In this document: in pieces, positions 40,513 through 50,655 of the stretch | Layout of the letters: every line of letters starts with the position of its first letter | Position numbering within the stretch: position 1 is the stretch's first letter | Assembly (NCBI GenBank): GCA_965207885.1 | Contig: OZ242311.1 | Span: forward strand, 4,480,001 to 4,544,000 | Origin: Candidatus Latescibacterota bacterium | GTDB lineage: Bacteria; Latescibacterota; UBA2968 | Reading direction: 5' to 3' | Length of the DNA stretch: 64,000 nt | Made by a program: the position numbers and the translations under genes | The notes under the pieces: model-generated | What the model was told of the DNA's origin: nothing | Database searches by the model: none | Seen by the model: the letters and a program-made list of their open reading frames with translations, nothing else

Positions 40513-40633
40513 ATGTCCGTTCGTCTCCTCCAGGGAATGAATATGTCGGGCGAAAAACCACCATACATACCAGACCCGCGGCTCCGGAGGGACGATAAAA
40601 CTGCGACGGACAGATAGTGAATGACCGAAGCAG

Positions 40634-40696
40634 CTACCTAACCGGAGGCGAACCGGGTATGTTATTTGTCGTAAATGCGAAAATTAAAGCCTCCAT
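40634..40696 (-). CDS. Candidate 20-aa leader peptide MEALIFAFTTNNIPGSPPVR
   Basis: GAAAGGAGG SD four nt before the ATG; lies in the 5' region of the sigma-r4 gene. Confidence 0.45.
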   Translation of the reverse strand: MEALIFAFTTNNIPGSPPVR

Positions 40697-40786
40697 GTTG
40701 CCTCCTTTCAAATAAATATACATAAACGATCACCCGTAAAACTGCGGGAATCTCGCTGCATTGTCAAGACATACCTCTTCGCCCTT

Positions 40787-40808
40787 ACACCGGCATGGAT
40801 GCACTTTT
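40787..40808. repeat. 22-bp repeat, copy B (candidate operator)
   Basis: ACACCGGCATGGATGCACTTTT; a minus-strand TTGACA lies at 40762-40767. Confidence 0.7.
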
Positions 40809-40818
40809 GGGCGCTCTA

Positions 40819-42150
40819 TCAAAAAGATTTTTTCTTTTTTAATTCATCCCACCAATCCATAAGCGCGCGAATGTGTTTTTCATAGCCGCGATCCGTGGGA
40901 TGATAATAGGTGCGGTCTCTCAAATTATCGGGAAAATACACCTGATCAATATAGCCATCCGGATCGTCATGTGCGTATTTATACCCCTTGCCGTAATCGA
41001 GATCTTTCATAAGCTTTGTCGGCGCATTGCGAATATGCAGGGGCACGGGCAGGTTCGGGTGTTTCTCAACATCGGAAAGCGCGTTATTATACGCGGCATA
41101 AACGGCATTGCTCTTGGGAGCTGTAGCGAGATAAACCGTCGCCTGAGCAATGGATAGATCGCCCTCGGGACTGCCCAGAAAATCGTACGCCTCGCGGGCA
41201 TTGAGGGCAACTTGCAAAGCGCGCGGATCAGCAGCACCCACATCTTCAGAAGCAAAACGAATCATACGCCTCAAAATATAGTGCGGATGCTCACCAGACG
41301 TCATCATACGCGCGAGCCAATACAGCGAGGCATGTGGATCGCTGCCGCGAAGGCTCTTGTGAAAAGCCGAAATGATATTGTAGTGTTCTTCCCCTGTCTT
41401 GTCGTAAAGATGAGCCTTGCGACCGAGAATTTCGCGCACCGTTTCGGGCGTAGGGTCGCAACCCGTAGCTTCAACAGCCGCAGCAACCGTTTCAAGCGCG
41501 TTCAGAGACCGACGGGCATCGCCCTCCGCAGTTTCGGCGACGAGATCTAAAGCCTGGTCCTGAATCTGAAAATCGGGAAAGCCGTGTTCCGAATCGGCAA
41601 TTGCGCGGTCCAGCACCTGGCGAATATGGGACGTATCGAGCAAATTGAGCACAAAAACGCGCGTGCGTGAAAGCAGGGCTGAATTAACCTCAAAAGAAGG
41701 ATTCTCAGTAGTGGCACCAATAAGCGTAATAACACCATTCTCCACATGGGGCAGAAAAGCATCTTGTTGCGCCTTGTTAAAACGGTGAATCTCATCCACA
41801 AAAAAGATGGTACGCCTGCCCAAACGTCTCTCTTCTCGCGCCCGCGCAATAATCTCTCGCGCCTCCCGGATACCCGCGGTAACCGCGCTAAAAGACACAA
41901 ATCGGCTCTCCGTCGTACCCGCAATAACCCGAGCCAGCGTTGTCTTGCCCGAACCCGGTGGTCCCCAGAAAATCATGGACGGCAAGCGGTCGCTCTCGAT
42001 AAGCACCCGAAGGGGCGCACCTGGCCCAACGAGATGATCCTGCCCCACAATATCGTCCAGCACCTGGGGACGCAGGCGTTCGGCCAGAGGCGCGTTTGCC
42101 ATCTCCTGCTCGGCTTGCGACACGGGTTTTAAAAAAAGGTCTTCATTCAT
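40819..42150 (-). CDS. rarA: Replication-associated recombination protein A (RarA/MgsA)
   Basis: [48 protein letters not shown]. Confidence 0.95.
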   Translation of the reverse strand: MNEDLFLKPVSQAEQEMANAPLAERLRPQVLDDIVGQDHLVGPGAPLRVLIESDRLPSMIFWGPPGSGKTTLARVIAGTTESRFVSFSAVTAGIREAREIIARAREERRLGRRTIFFVDEIHRFNKAQQDAFLPHVENGVITLIGATTENPSFEVNSALLSRTRVFVLNLLDTSHIRQVLDRAIADSEHGFPDFQIQDQALDLVAETAEGDARRSLNALETVAAAVEATGCDPTPETVREILGRKAHLYDKTGEEHYNIISAFHKSLRGSDPHASLYWLARMMTSGEHPHYILRRMIRFASEDVGAADPRALQVALNAREAYDFLGSPEGDLSIAQATVYLATAPKSNAVYAAYNNALSDVEKHPNLPVPLHIRNAPTKLMKDLDYGKGYKYAHDDPDGYIDQVYFPDNLRDRTYYHPTDRGYEKHIRALMDWWDELKKKKSF

Positions 42151-42279
42151 CGGTCTCACCTCTCGCCAAAATATACTCAGATTCCCATACTTTCGCCAAT
42201 ACTCGGAAAAGTGCTTGTAGATGCGATTGAATTCGCTATTTTGAAATCCATTCTCCCATCCCAATCATGAAAGGACCTT

Positions 42280-44469
42280 ATGATAGAAAAACACGACCTG
42301 ACCGAGGAACAAATTCGCAGATATTACGGCTGGGCAGAAATTGATCCAGACCGCGCGGTTATCGCCGGAGAAACGGGCACATGGCGCATTGTATATCACG
42401 CGGGCAAATACGGAATAGACGACGGCGGCGTAATCAAAATCGCGTGGCGCGACGTGAGCGACTGGCAGCAACCGCAATTTGACGACCCCGCCGCACCCGC
42501 TTATGCATCGGTCTCGACCACGGGACCGGCGACCTTAAAGGCCGTATTCGACAGACAGCGCTATATTCGACCGTGGCGATATTGCGTGACCATCGATGTA
42601 TTTGACGACTCATTGTCAGAAGGCGACACCATAACACTAATACTGGGCGACACATCCGGCGGAAGTCCGGGCAGCCGCGCACAAACCTTTTGCAAAGATG
42701 CATTTGAATTTCGCGTATCGGTTGACTGGTGCGGCACATGGGTATATACAGAAGTACCATCCCCCAAAGTACCAATCATAAGCGGTGCGCCCAATAAACT
42801 CATCGCACTGGGATCTTCTGAAACAACGCCGAGAGAAGCGACCTGGATCGGAGTAAAAGCCGAAGACATCTGGGGCAACCCGTGTGCAGAATATCGAGGC
42901 ACGGTAAAAATCGACGCCGATGGCCTGGACGGATTACCCGAAACTTATGTATTTCAGCCAGAACATCGCGGCGTCAGGCGATTTGAAAATGTGACAGCCC
43001 CCAAAACGGGCATTTATCGCGTACGGATTCAGGATGAAAACAATGGTTTTGAAGCAGAATGCAATCCACTAATATGTATTGAAACGCGCAAAGACGCACA
43101 ACCCTTTTGGGGGGATCTACACGGACAAAGCGAAGAAACAGTGGGAACCAATCCGGTCTCATCCTACTTTCGTTTTGCACGCGAAAAAGCGTGGATGGAT
43201 TTTGCGGGACATCAGGGAAATGACTTTCAGATTACAGAAGCAATCTGGAATGAAATCAAACACCAGGCAAATACACAGAATACTGCGGGCAAATTCGTCG
43301 CCTTTGTCGGTTGGGAATGGTCGGGCAACACACCTTCAGGCGGCGATCACAACGTCTATTATCCCGGTGACGATGGACCATTGCACCGCTCCAGCCATGT
43401 CCTCATCGAAGACAAATCAGATATAGAAACAGATTGTCAGCACATAACCGACCTCTACCGCGCACTCAAGGGAAAAGACGCGCTGCTAATCCCCCATGTG
43501 GGCGGGCGCTATGCCAACCTGACCTGGCACGACCCAAACCTGGAGACTGTAGTCGAGGTTTTATCTGAATGGGGAGAATTTGAATGGTTCTTAAAAGAAG
43601 CCCTTGAAAAAGGCTATCGCATCGGATTCACCTGCGGCAGCGACGACCACAAAGGGCGCCCGGGTGCCGCACATCCGGGCAGTGGCGCATTCGGTATTTA
43701 CGGCGGAATCACATGCGTATATGCAAAAGAATTGACGCGAGAAAGCATCTGGGAAGCAATAAAAACAAGGCGGTGTTACGGCACCAGTGGACAGCGCATC
43801 CTCATAGATGTCACCGTAGGTGGACAGCCCATGGGATCGGACCTCGCAACGAACACACCACCTGAAATCGCTGTCAGTGTTTGGGGCACTGCGCCCATAG
43901 AAAAAGTGGATATCTTCAGAGGCACGGAAATCATCTACACACATCCCGAAACCATTCCCCGGCAACAAACAGACATACGCATTGCGTGGTCCGGCCAGCG
44001 CATTCGCGCGCGCAACCGACTCGTGCGCTGGGATGGCGAAGTAACAATAGACAAAGGGAGAATCACAGACGCCAGAGGCTTTGCCTTTGACTCGGCATCC
44101 GAAGGCATTCAATCTGCCGACGACCAATCAGTAACCTGGACATCGGTGACAACCGGCGATGCAGACGGCATCATTTTAACCCTGGACGCCCCGCCCGATG
44201 CAACAATCAAATTTGGAACACCCGTCTTGTCGCAAGCGTTAAAACTTACAGAGATCGCACAAGGACCAGTTGTAATCGACGCAGGTGGTATTGATATGAA
44301 GGTCGTATTCGAATACAATCCCACAGGCATTGGACGCGACATCGCATTTACTCATACCGAAAACCAGTTACATCCCGGCTGTCACCCCTATTGGGTGCGC
44401 GTAACGCAAATCGATGGCGGGAAGGCATGGGTGAGTCCGGTGTATGTGAAGTGTGAAAAGGAGATATAA
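42280..44469 (+). CDS. DUF3604-like (PHP-fold) putative metallohydrolase
   Basis: FWGDLHGQS, GWEWS, GDHNV, IPHVGG, GSDDH, C-terminal YWVRVTQ.DG..AW.SP. Confidence 0.7.
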   Translation: MIEKHDLTEEQIRRYYGWAEIDPDRAVIAGETGTWRIVYHAGKYGIDDGGVIKIAWRDVSDWQQPQFDDPAAPAYASVSTTGPATLKAVFDRQRYIRPWRYCVTIDVFDDSLSEGDTITLILGDTSGGSPGSRAQTFCKDAFEFRVSVDWCGTWVYTEVPSPKVPIISGAPNKLIALGSSETTPREATWIGVKAEDIWGNPCAEYRGTVKIDADGLDGLPETYVFQPEHRGVRRFENVTAPKTGIYRVRIQDENNGFEAECNPLICIETRKDAQPFWGDLHGQSEETVGTNPVSSYFRFAREKAWMDFAGHQGNDFQITEAIWNEIKHQANTQNTAGKFVAFVGWEWSGNTPSGGDHNVYYPGDDGPLHRSSHVLIEDKSDIETDCQHITDLYRALKGKDALLIPHVGGRYANLTWHDPNLETVVEVLSEWGEFEWFLKEALEKGYRIGFTCGSDDHKGRPGAAHPGSGAFGIYGGITCVYAKELTRESIWEAIKTRRCYGTSGQRILIDVTVGGQPMGSDLATNTPPEIAVSVWGTAPIEKVDIFRGTEIIYTHPETIPRQQTDIRIAWSGQRIRARNRLVRWDGEVTIDKGRITDARGFAFDSASEGIQSADDQSVTWTSVTTGDADGIILTLDAPPDATIKFGTPVLSQALKLTEIAQGPVVIDAGGIDMKVVFEYNPTGIGRDIAFTHTENQLHPGCHPYWVRVTQIDGGKAWVSPVYVKCEKEI

Positions 44470-45441
44470 ATGAACGAATATGCAGTCACATTCACCGAAC
44501 GCGAAACCGCCAAACTACTACCAGTTGAAATCGATACAGACGCGATCGGTGCAGACGAAGTCGCGGGTCATACCCTTGCAACCCTCATCAGCGCGGGCAC
44601 GGAATTAAACAGCGGGTATCTCGGCAACAATTTTCCCAGACAATCGGGGTACGCAGCGGCCTTCAAAGTTGAAAAAGTGGGGAAAAATGTCTCGGGCATT
44701 TCGCCGGGCGACCTCGCCTTCTGCCCGGGCAATCACGCCTCCTATCAGCGAAAACCCGCCTCGCAGGTCATTCGCCTGCCCGACAACCTCACGCCAGAAA
44801 TAGCTGTATTTGCCCGCATGATGGGTGTCTCAATGACCACCCTCACAACCACCTCGGCGCGGCCACCTGCCAAAATACTCATCACTGGACTTGGACTCGT
44901 TGGCCATCTCGCAGCCAAAAACTTTCAAGCCTGCGGCTACGAAGTCTATGCCAGTGACCCGGTTGCATCGCGGCGGCAAATTGCCTCAGAAACGGGGATT
45001 CACAATGTACTGGATGCTGTACCACTGGAAAATACCGAACTCTCGGGCCAATTCCACCTCGCCATTGAATGCTCGGGACACGAACAGGCCCTGCTCGACG
45101 CAGCAGGCGCCGTGAGAAAACGCGCCGAAGTCGTTTGCATTGCCTCCCCCTGGCGCCGATACACGGACCTGCTCATACACGACCTGCATCGCCTCATCTT
45201 CTTTAATTACGTCACCATTCGCAGCGGCTGGGAATGGGAACTGCCGCGCCAGCCAGAAGACTTTCGCACCAACAGCGTCTTTGAAAACTTTGCCGGTGCC
45301 CTCAAATGGTTGTCCGAGGACCGCGTCAATGTCAATGGCATCTACACAAAATACGATCCCGAAAGATGCCAGCAAGCATATCGTGACCTTTTGCACAAAA
45401 AAACCGAACGCCTCGCGGTCGTCTTTGACTGGACGACTTGA
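44470..45441 (+). CDS. Medium-chain (zinc-binding-type) dehydrogenase
   Basis: ISAGTE, GY, GLGLVG, IECSG. Confidence 0.8.
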   Translation: MNEYAVTFTERETAKLLPVEIDTDAIGADEVAGHTLATLISAGTELNSGYLGNNFPRQSGYAAAFKVEKVGKNVSGISPGDLAFCPGNHASYQRKPASQVIRLPDNLTPEIAVFARMMGVSMTTLTTTSARPPAKILITGLGLVGHLAAKNFQACGYEVYASDPVASRRQIASETGIHNVLDAVPLENTELSGQFHLAIECSGHEQALLDAAGAVRKRAEVVCIASPWRRYTDLLIHDLHRLIFFNYVTIRSGWEWELPRQPEDFRTNSVFENFAGALKWLSEDRVNVNGIYTKYDPERCQQAYRDLLHKKTERLAVVFDWTT

Positions 45442-45554
45442 GATCCACAGTTAGACACAACCTTAAAATAAGGAGATGACAACCAAATAGCTCCGAGTTT
45501 GTTTTCCATTGTTTCACTCTTAGAGCCGGGGGAACTCTTACAAGGAGGGTTGTC

Positions 45555-47252
45555 ATGTCGAGATGTATTCGCAGTATAGTCGCCGTCTCACTCGCCGCAG
45601 GCGTGATGTTGAGCTGTGGTAGCGAGCGCGTGACCCAGTCGCAGGTAGCAGACGAGCAGGTCGGACAGCCATTGAGCAAATTGGCTGCGGACCACCATAC
45701 ATCATCTGCTGTAGTGATGGCTACGTTGCGACAGGATGACGCGCCCGTAAGCGATGCCACAGTCGAACTTTCGCGTTCTATTGCGGGTCAGGCCCCGGAT
45801 TACGCATGGTCTGGGACCACCGACGACAATGGTCAGGCGCGGGTGGAGATTATGTCACACAATGTGACGGGTTATTACCAGGCACGCGCCATGAAGGACG
45901 GGAACACAATCGGTTCCTGGTCGAGCATACCAATTAACGGAGGCTATGAAGTGATGCTCGACTTGCCCGTTGACGGAAAAGCACATGTGATGGGTTCGGC
46001 CCCAATAAGGCCAGAAACGCCACCAACCCAATTCACAGTGCGGATTGAGAACATCTCACCCGTCTTTCCCTTTATAGGTAGCGGTGCTTTTGCCGTGCCA
46101 TCGGGTGCAGATGGTCCCGGACCCCTCCCGCCGGGCCAGTCTTATGGATTCTCGTTTGAAGCACCGCCGGGAACCAAATTGTCCTTTGCCACGATGTTTG
46201 TGCAATCCAACGATCTATTCTATGCCCCCGATGAAGACGGCATCGCGCTCTGGGATGATGCGGGCAACAGAACATCGGGCGATATAACGGATCAGATCAT
46301 GTTGTGGGATTCGGGCACAGAAGTGAATCAACCCATCGGCATGGGGGCAGATCAGGCACCGCGTCAAAGTGGTGCAAACACGGGTGCGGCTGATGAAGAT
46401 AACACCGTCCGCATCATCATGGGCGACGACATTCCCGCGGTTGACAGCGTAATCCGCGTAACAATCACGCCGTCAGAAGATTCCGCTACGGGTTTTGGCG
46501 TACAGATTGAGAATGTGTGGACCGGAGAGCAGCCACAACTACTGGCACCGGGCGTATTTGTTATCCATACGGGGGCTGCGCCGCTATTTACATCGGGTGA
46601 ACCCGATATCGGAATGGGCCTCGAAGCACTCGCCGAAGATGGAGTCCCAGTGGGCCTCGCAGAAATGTTGAGCATACACACGGGCGTGACCGGGATACTG
46701 GCACCGGGCGTGTGTGCCGTTCATAGGGAAGCTGGCGTATTGTTCACATCGGGTTCGCCTGATCGGGGCGAGGGCCTCGAAGCACTCGCTGAAGATGGAA
46801 ACCCGGGTAGTCTAGTAGAAGCACTGGCAAGAAATGACCGTGTATCGACCAGTGAGGCATTTGCAGTGCCCGAAGGTGCAGATGGTCCCGGACCTGTGCC
46901 CCCTGGCGGCGCATATGTCTTTAGCTTCAGCGCATCAGCAGGCGACCGCCTGTCCTTTGCCACGATGTTTGTCCACTCCAACGACCTGTTCTTTGCTCCT
47001 GACGAGGAAGGTATAGCGCTCTTTGGAGAGGACGGATCGGCAATAATGGGCGATATTACGTCAATGGTCCAGTTGTGGTATGCCGGTACAGAGATCAACC
47101 AATCCCTCGGTGTTGGCCTCGACCAGGCACCGCGTCAATCTGGCCCCAACACGGGTGCGCCAGATCCGGACAATACCGTACGCATTGCCAATGGCGACCA
47201 CATCCCCGCGGTTGACAGCATAATCCGCGTGACGATCATGCCGGGCAATTAA
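45555..47252 (+). CDS. Lipoprotein with duplicated spondin_N-like domains
   Basis: Lipobox-like MLSC; twice LSFATMFVxSNDLF.AP, LW..GTE.NQ and LEALAEDG; the duplication is visible at DNA level. Confidence 0.8.
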   Translation: MSRCIRSIVAVSLAAGVMLSCGSERVTQSQVADEQVGQPLSKLAADHHTSSAVVMATLRQDDAPVSDATVELSRSIAGQAPDYAWSGTTDDNGQARVEIMSHNVTGYYQARAMKDGNTIGSWSSIPINGGYEVMLDLPVDGKAHVMGSAPIRPETPPTQFTVRIENISPVFPFIGSGAFAVPSGADGPGPLPPGQSYGFSFEAPPGTKLSFATMFVQSNDLFYAPDEDGIALWDDAGNRTSGDITDQIMLWDSGTEVNQPIGMGADQAPRQSGANTGAADEDNTVRIIMGDDIPAVDSVIRVTITPSEDSATGFGVQIENVWTGEQPQLLAPGVFVIHTGAAPLFTSGEPDIGMGLEALAEDGVPVGLAEMLSIHTGVTGILAPGVCAVHREAGVLFTSGSPDRGEGLEALAEDGNPGSLVEALARNDRVSTSEAFAVPEGADGPGPVPPGGAYVFSFSASAGDRLSFATMFVHSNDLFFAPDEEGIALFGEDGSAIMGDITSMVQLWYAGTEINQSLGVGLDQAPRQSGPNTGAPDPDNTVRIANGDHIPAVDSIIRVTIMPGN

Positions 47253-47276
47253 CCAATCATGCAACAAACATATCAC

Positions 47277-47304
47277 AGGGCGAGTCTTCGGACTCGCCCT
47301 TTTT
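47277..47304 (+). terminator. Rho-independent terminator
   Basis: AGGGCGAGTC-TTCG-GACTCGCCCT-TTTT. Confidence 0.9.
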
Positions 47305-47311
47305 GTATATC

Positions 47312-48073
47312 TCAGATATGCATACGCAACATGGGACGGCCGAATGAAACGGGCATGTACTCCCCGGTATTCTGGCGTTTTGTACCTGGAATCATAAAAT
47401 GGATGGCAAAGGCCCTGCGCTGGCGGTCCGTGTGATTGGGCGGTGTGTAGTGCAGGGTTTGGCAATGGTGAAACATAACACCACCGGCGGGCAACTCGAT
47501 AATTTCGGCTCTGGATATCTCCACCTGATCTTCGAGATCAAACAGCGCATCGGTTTGAGATGAACGCTCATGGGTAAATGGCCGAAGATGAGAGCCGGGA
47601 ATGACGTGCATAGCTCCGTTCTCGACATCGGCATCGTCCAGCGTGAGCCAGCATGAGACGAGATTCGCCGGCATACATTGCCAGTACCCATTGTCTTGAT
47701 GCCAGAAAACCGCATCTCCATTATGTGCGGGCTTGAACAGCGCCTGATCGTGGAAAAGTTGAATATTTGGACCGATGAGCGACTCGGCAATATCGAGTAT
47801 GGGATCATAGTAGATCAGTTCCCGGTAGTGCAGATTGCGCTCACACATTTGCATAATTTGTAGCATTTGTGTGGGCGCCTTGTTTTTTTCACTGAGATCA
47901 TCGGTATTGCTAATAGCGAGATTGCGAAAGCGATTATTCTCCCGCGCGGCTTCAAATTCGCGATCGTATTCCCGGCGCAATATCTCAATGTGTTCATCCT
48001 CGAGAAGTTTGCCAATCGAGATATAGCCATTCTGAAAAAAAATTTCGACTTGCTCCGAAGATAACGCAGACAT
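47312..48073 (-). CDS. PhyH-family Fe(II)/2-oxoglutarate dioxygenase
   Basis: FKP, WHQD, NGAMHVIPGSH, TLHY..PN....RRA. Confidence 0.88.
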   Translation of the reverse strand: MSALSSEQVEIFFQNGYISIGKLLEDEHIEILRREYDREFEAARENNRFRNLAISNTDDLSEKNKAPTQMLQIMQMCERNLHYRELIYYDPILDIAESLIGPNIQLFHDQALFKPAHNGDAVFWHQDNGYWQCMPANLVSCWLTLDDADVENGAMHVIPGSHLRPFTHERSSQTDALFDLEDQVEISRAEIIELPAGGVMFHHCQTLHYTPPNHTDRQRRAFAIHFMIPGTKRQNTGEYMPVSFGRPMLRMHI

Positions 48074-48092
48074 GGTGTGCTCCTGATAAAAA

Positions 48093-49115
48093 CTAATCCA
48101 ACAACTCCTCTGTATAAGCAAATAACGCAGGTGTCCCTCCCGTATGCACCATCACCACTGTCTCATCTTTGCCAATCTCGCCACGATTCACCATATCGAT
48201 CAAACCCGCCAGCGTCTTGCCCGTATAAATCGGCTCCAGCAAAATCCCCTCTGTTTGCGCCAATAGCCGTATCGCGTCATTGCCCTCGGGTGAACAATAC
48301 CCATACCCCTCCTTACCGACATACCGATCCACATTTTCAATCATAGATTCATCAAACGCGACATCCATATCCAGAATCTCCGCCATTTTTCTCAATATAA
48401 CCAAAAATGCGTCTTTGAGATCATAAGACCACAAAATGGGCCTCACACCCACAATCCGCATATCCAGACCCAAAGCGGTCTTCCCAAAAATCAAACCCGG
48501 CTGTGTACAACTGCCCGAACACACAACAACAGTTGTAGGCGTTTCACCTATCGCATCAAACTGATCCATCATCTCGGCCATACACAGCGCGTAACCCATT
48601 GCGCCAAACGGGCGATTGGCCGGTTGCATCACCACAAAAGGCTTTCGCCCTCTGCGCTCAAATTTTTCGATCAACGCCTGCTTGGCATCGTCCAACAACT
48701 CCTGCGTTTCAACATCGATCAGTTCAAAGTACGCGCCCAATAAATTATCCAACAGCAAATTGCCCTGCGTACTGCCGCTCTTGTGATCCTTCACCAGAAC
48801 CAGCGCGCAATCCACCCCTATCTTTGCCGCTGCCGCCGCCAACTGCCGGCTGTGATTGGACTGAGACCCCGCACCTCCGATAAGCACATCCGCACCGCGA
48901 ACCAGACCCTGCGCGATCGTAAACTCCAACTGCCGCGTCTTATTGCCGCCAAATGCCAGACCCGTACAATCATCGCGTTTAATATAAATCTTTGGACCAC
49001 CAACTGCTTCAGACAACCGCTCACAAAACTCGAGCGGCGTGGGCAAATGCCCCAGAGACACACGCGGCACCTTACTGATGCGCGCTCTCAGTTCGTCACG
49101 AGAAATAACAGCCAT
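48093..49115 (-). CDS. D-cysteine desulfhydrase / ACC deaminase family PLP enzyme
   Basis: KRDDCTGLAFGGNKTR, QSNH, EPIYTGK, HTGG. Confidence 0.88.
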   Translation of the reverse strand: MAVISRDELRARISKVPRVSLGHLPTPLEFCERLSEAVGGPKIYIKRDDCTGLAFGGNKTRQLEFTIAQGLVRGADVLIGGAGSQSNHSRQLAAAAAKIGVDCALVLVKDHKSGSTQGNLLLDNLLGAYFELIDVETQELLDDAKQALIEKFERRGRKPFVVMQPANRPFGAMGYALCMAEMMDQFDAIGETPTTVVVCSGSCTQPGLIFGKTALGLDMRIVGVRPILWSYDLKDAFLVILRKMAEILDMDVAFDESMIENVDRYVGKEGYGYCSPEGNDAIRLLAQTEGILLEPIYTGKTLAGLIDMVNRGEIGKDETVVMVHTGGTPALFAYTEELLD

Positions 49116-49141
49116 TATAAACCTCCTCAATCAAAATCAGA

Positions 49142-49200
49142 ATGAAAGGCAAATGCAACCACCGATAAACACAGATAAACGCAGATGAAAGGCAAGTGCA
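49142..49200 (+). repeat. Short repeat cluster
   Basis: ATGAAAGGCAA(A/G)TGCA twice, flanking (C/A)GATAAAC-type 10-nt iterations. Confidence 0.5.
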
Positions 49201-49368
49201 GATCAGTGCTCCCGTACCCACCCGTTACACGTATGTATCAACGCAATTACGGCCTATGGAAAGGAATATACACGCATGAAGCAAGCGAAAATGCCATTGA
49301 CATTTCTCAAGATAGCGAATTATTTAACAGATAGTACATACAGAGTTTACGAAAAAAGGAAAGCGACA

Positions 49369-50457
49369 ATGCAGGCACTGAACGATTGGATCAAAGAAAT
49401 CAAAAACGATCCCAATATTTCCGCACTTAACGAGGCGCAGGCCAAGCGCTCAGTCATTGAACGCATCTTGGAGTTTCTCGATTGGGATATGTATAATTAC
49501 AATGAAGTCAAGCTCGAGTATGGCGTTGAAACTTTATGGGTTGATTATGCCTTGCTGATCAATGGCGAGAATAAAGTGTTTATCGAAGCTAAGAGGCCAA
49601 GTGAGAAATTGGAGACTCATCAAAAACAACTTCTTGATTATTCCTTTGGTGAAGGCGTTGCCTCGGCAATTTTGACAAACGGGATTGCGTGGTGGTTCTA
49701 TCTTCCTTTGAAAGAAGGTGCCTGGAATGATCGCAAATTTTATACTATCGATATCTTAGAACAAGAGATAGAAGATATCGTTGACAAATTTAGCCTTTTA
49801 CTTTCTCGTGAAAATGTTGCGTCTGGTGAAGCAGTTCGACAAGCTGAGTCTATTTTGAAGAGCCGTCAAAGAGAGAAAATTGTAAAAGAAAACCTACCTA
49901 AAGCATGGAATAAAATAATTAAAAATGCCGTCTCGCCTGATTCATTACTCGTAGATCTTTTGGCAGAGACAGTAGAGGAAGTGTGCGGCTTCCAGCCTGC
50001 AGGTGATGAAATTTTGGGGTTCATTCGTTCACACCAAGAAAAATGGCTTCTCTCCTCTGAATTAGAACAGGATTTTTCACCGCCTACAAACGGCCCTATC
50101 ACCACAACAGAACCCCAGGGGCCAACTGAGATACCCAGACGGATACAAATTGGAAGTGAGATTTATGAATTTAGTTATGGCAATGAAATTCTTGTAAATA
50201 CTGCGAATTGGTTGATCGATAAAGGACATTTGAAACACGCGGAGTGCCCAATAAAAATAAGTCCCCGTGCAAAGACTCGTATCTTAATTGGTAGCACACC
50301 AATACATCCAAGAGGTAATAAGTTTGTGTCAGCGAAGAAACTAAAAAACGGTCTCTATATTGAAACACATGCGAGCATTGAACAAATTATCGAATATGCC
50401 AAAAGATTGCTTGAAAAATATGGATACGATCCAGAAATACTAAAAATAGATTACTGA
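49369..50457 (+). CDS. HsdR N-terminal-like PD-(D/E)xK nuclease domain protein with an uncharacterised C-terminal domain
   Basis: NEAQAK..I..L.W, EY, VDYAL, FIEAKR, ILTNG..W; AT-richer than neighbours; no methyltransferase nearby. Confidence 0.75.
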   Translation: MQALNDWIKEIKNDPNISALNEAQAKRSVIERILEFLDWDMYNYNEVKLEYGVETLWVDYALLINGENKVFIEAKRPSEKLETHQKQLLDYSFGEGVASAILTNGIAWWFYLPLKEGAWNDRKFYTIDILEQEIEDIVDKFSLLLSRENVASGEAVRQAESILKSRQREKIVKENLPKAWNKIIKNAVSPDSLLVDLLAETVEEVCGFQPAGDEILGFIRSHQEKWLLSSELEQDFSPPTNGPITTTEPQGPTEIPRRIQIGSEIYEFSYGNEILVNTANWLIDKGHLKHAECPIKISPRAKTRILIGSTPIHPRGNKFVSAKKLKNGLYIETHASIEQIIEYAKRLLEKYGYDPEILKIDY

Positions 50458-50484
50458 AATCCTGAAGTTTGAAGACCACCGCCC

Positions 50485-50655
50485 GCACAGCGCGTGAGTC
50501 CGTCTCGCACCGAACATTTTTATGGCATCCAACTCTGAAGGCCACTACATGGCTTGCTGCCACAAAAACGATTTGCGCTGTGCAAGCCCCCCGCAGGGGC
50601 GCCCTTTTTTTGCTTCATTTTTTTGGGCGCGCAAAAAAATGAAGTCGCCGAAGGC
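50485..50655. repeat. Highly structured palindromic non-coding element (REP/MITE-like)
   Basis: GCACAGCGC...GCGCTGTGC stem enclosing TTTTTATGGCA...TGCCACAAAAA; then GCCCC/GGGGC, CTTCATTTTTTTG/CAAAAAAATGAAG and GCCGAAGGC hairpins. Confidence 0.65.

Noticed and set aside
45470-45492. Tiny ORF MTTK after AAGGAG, upstream of the spondin gene
   Set aside because: The SD abuts the ATG with no spacing and the ORF is only four codons; likely chance.
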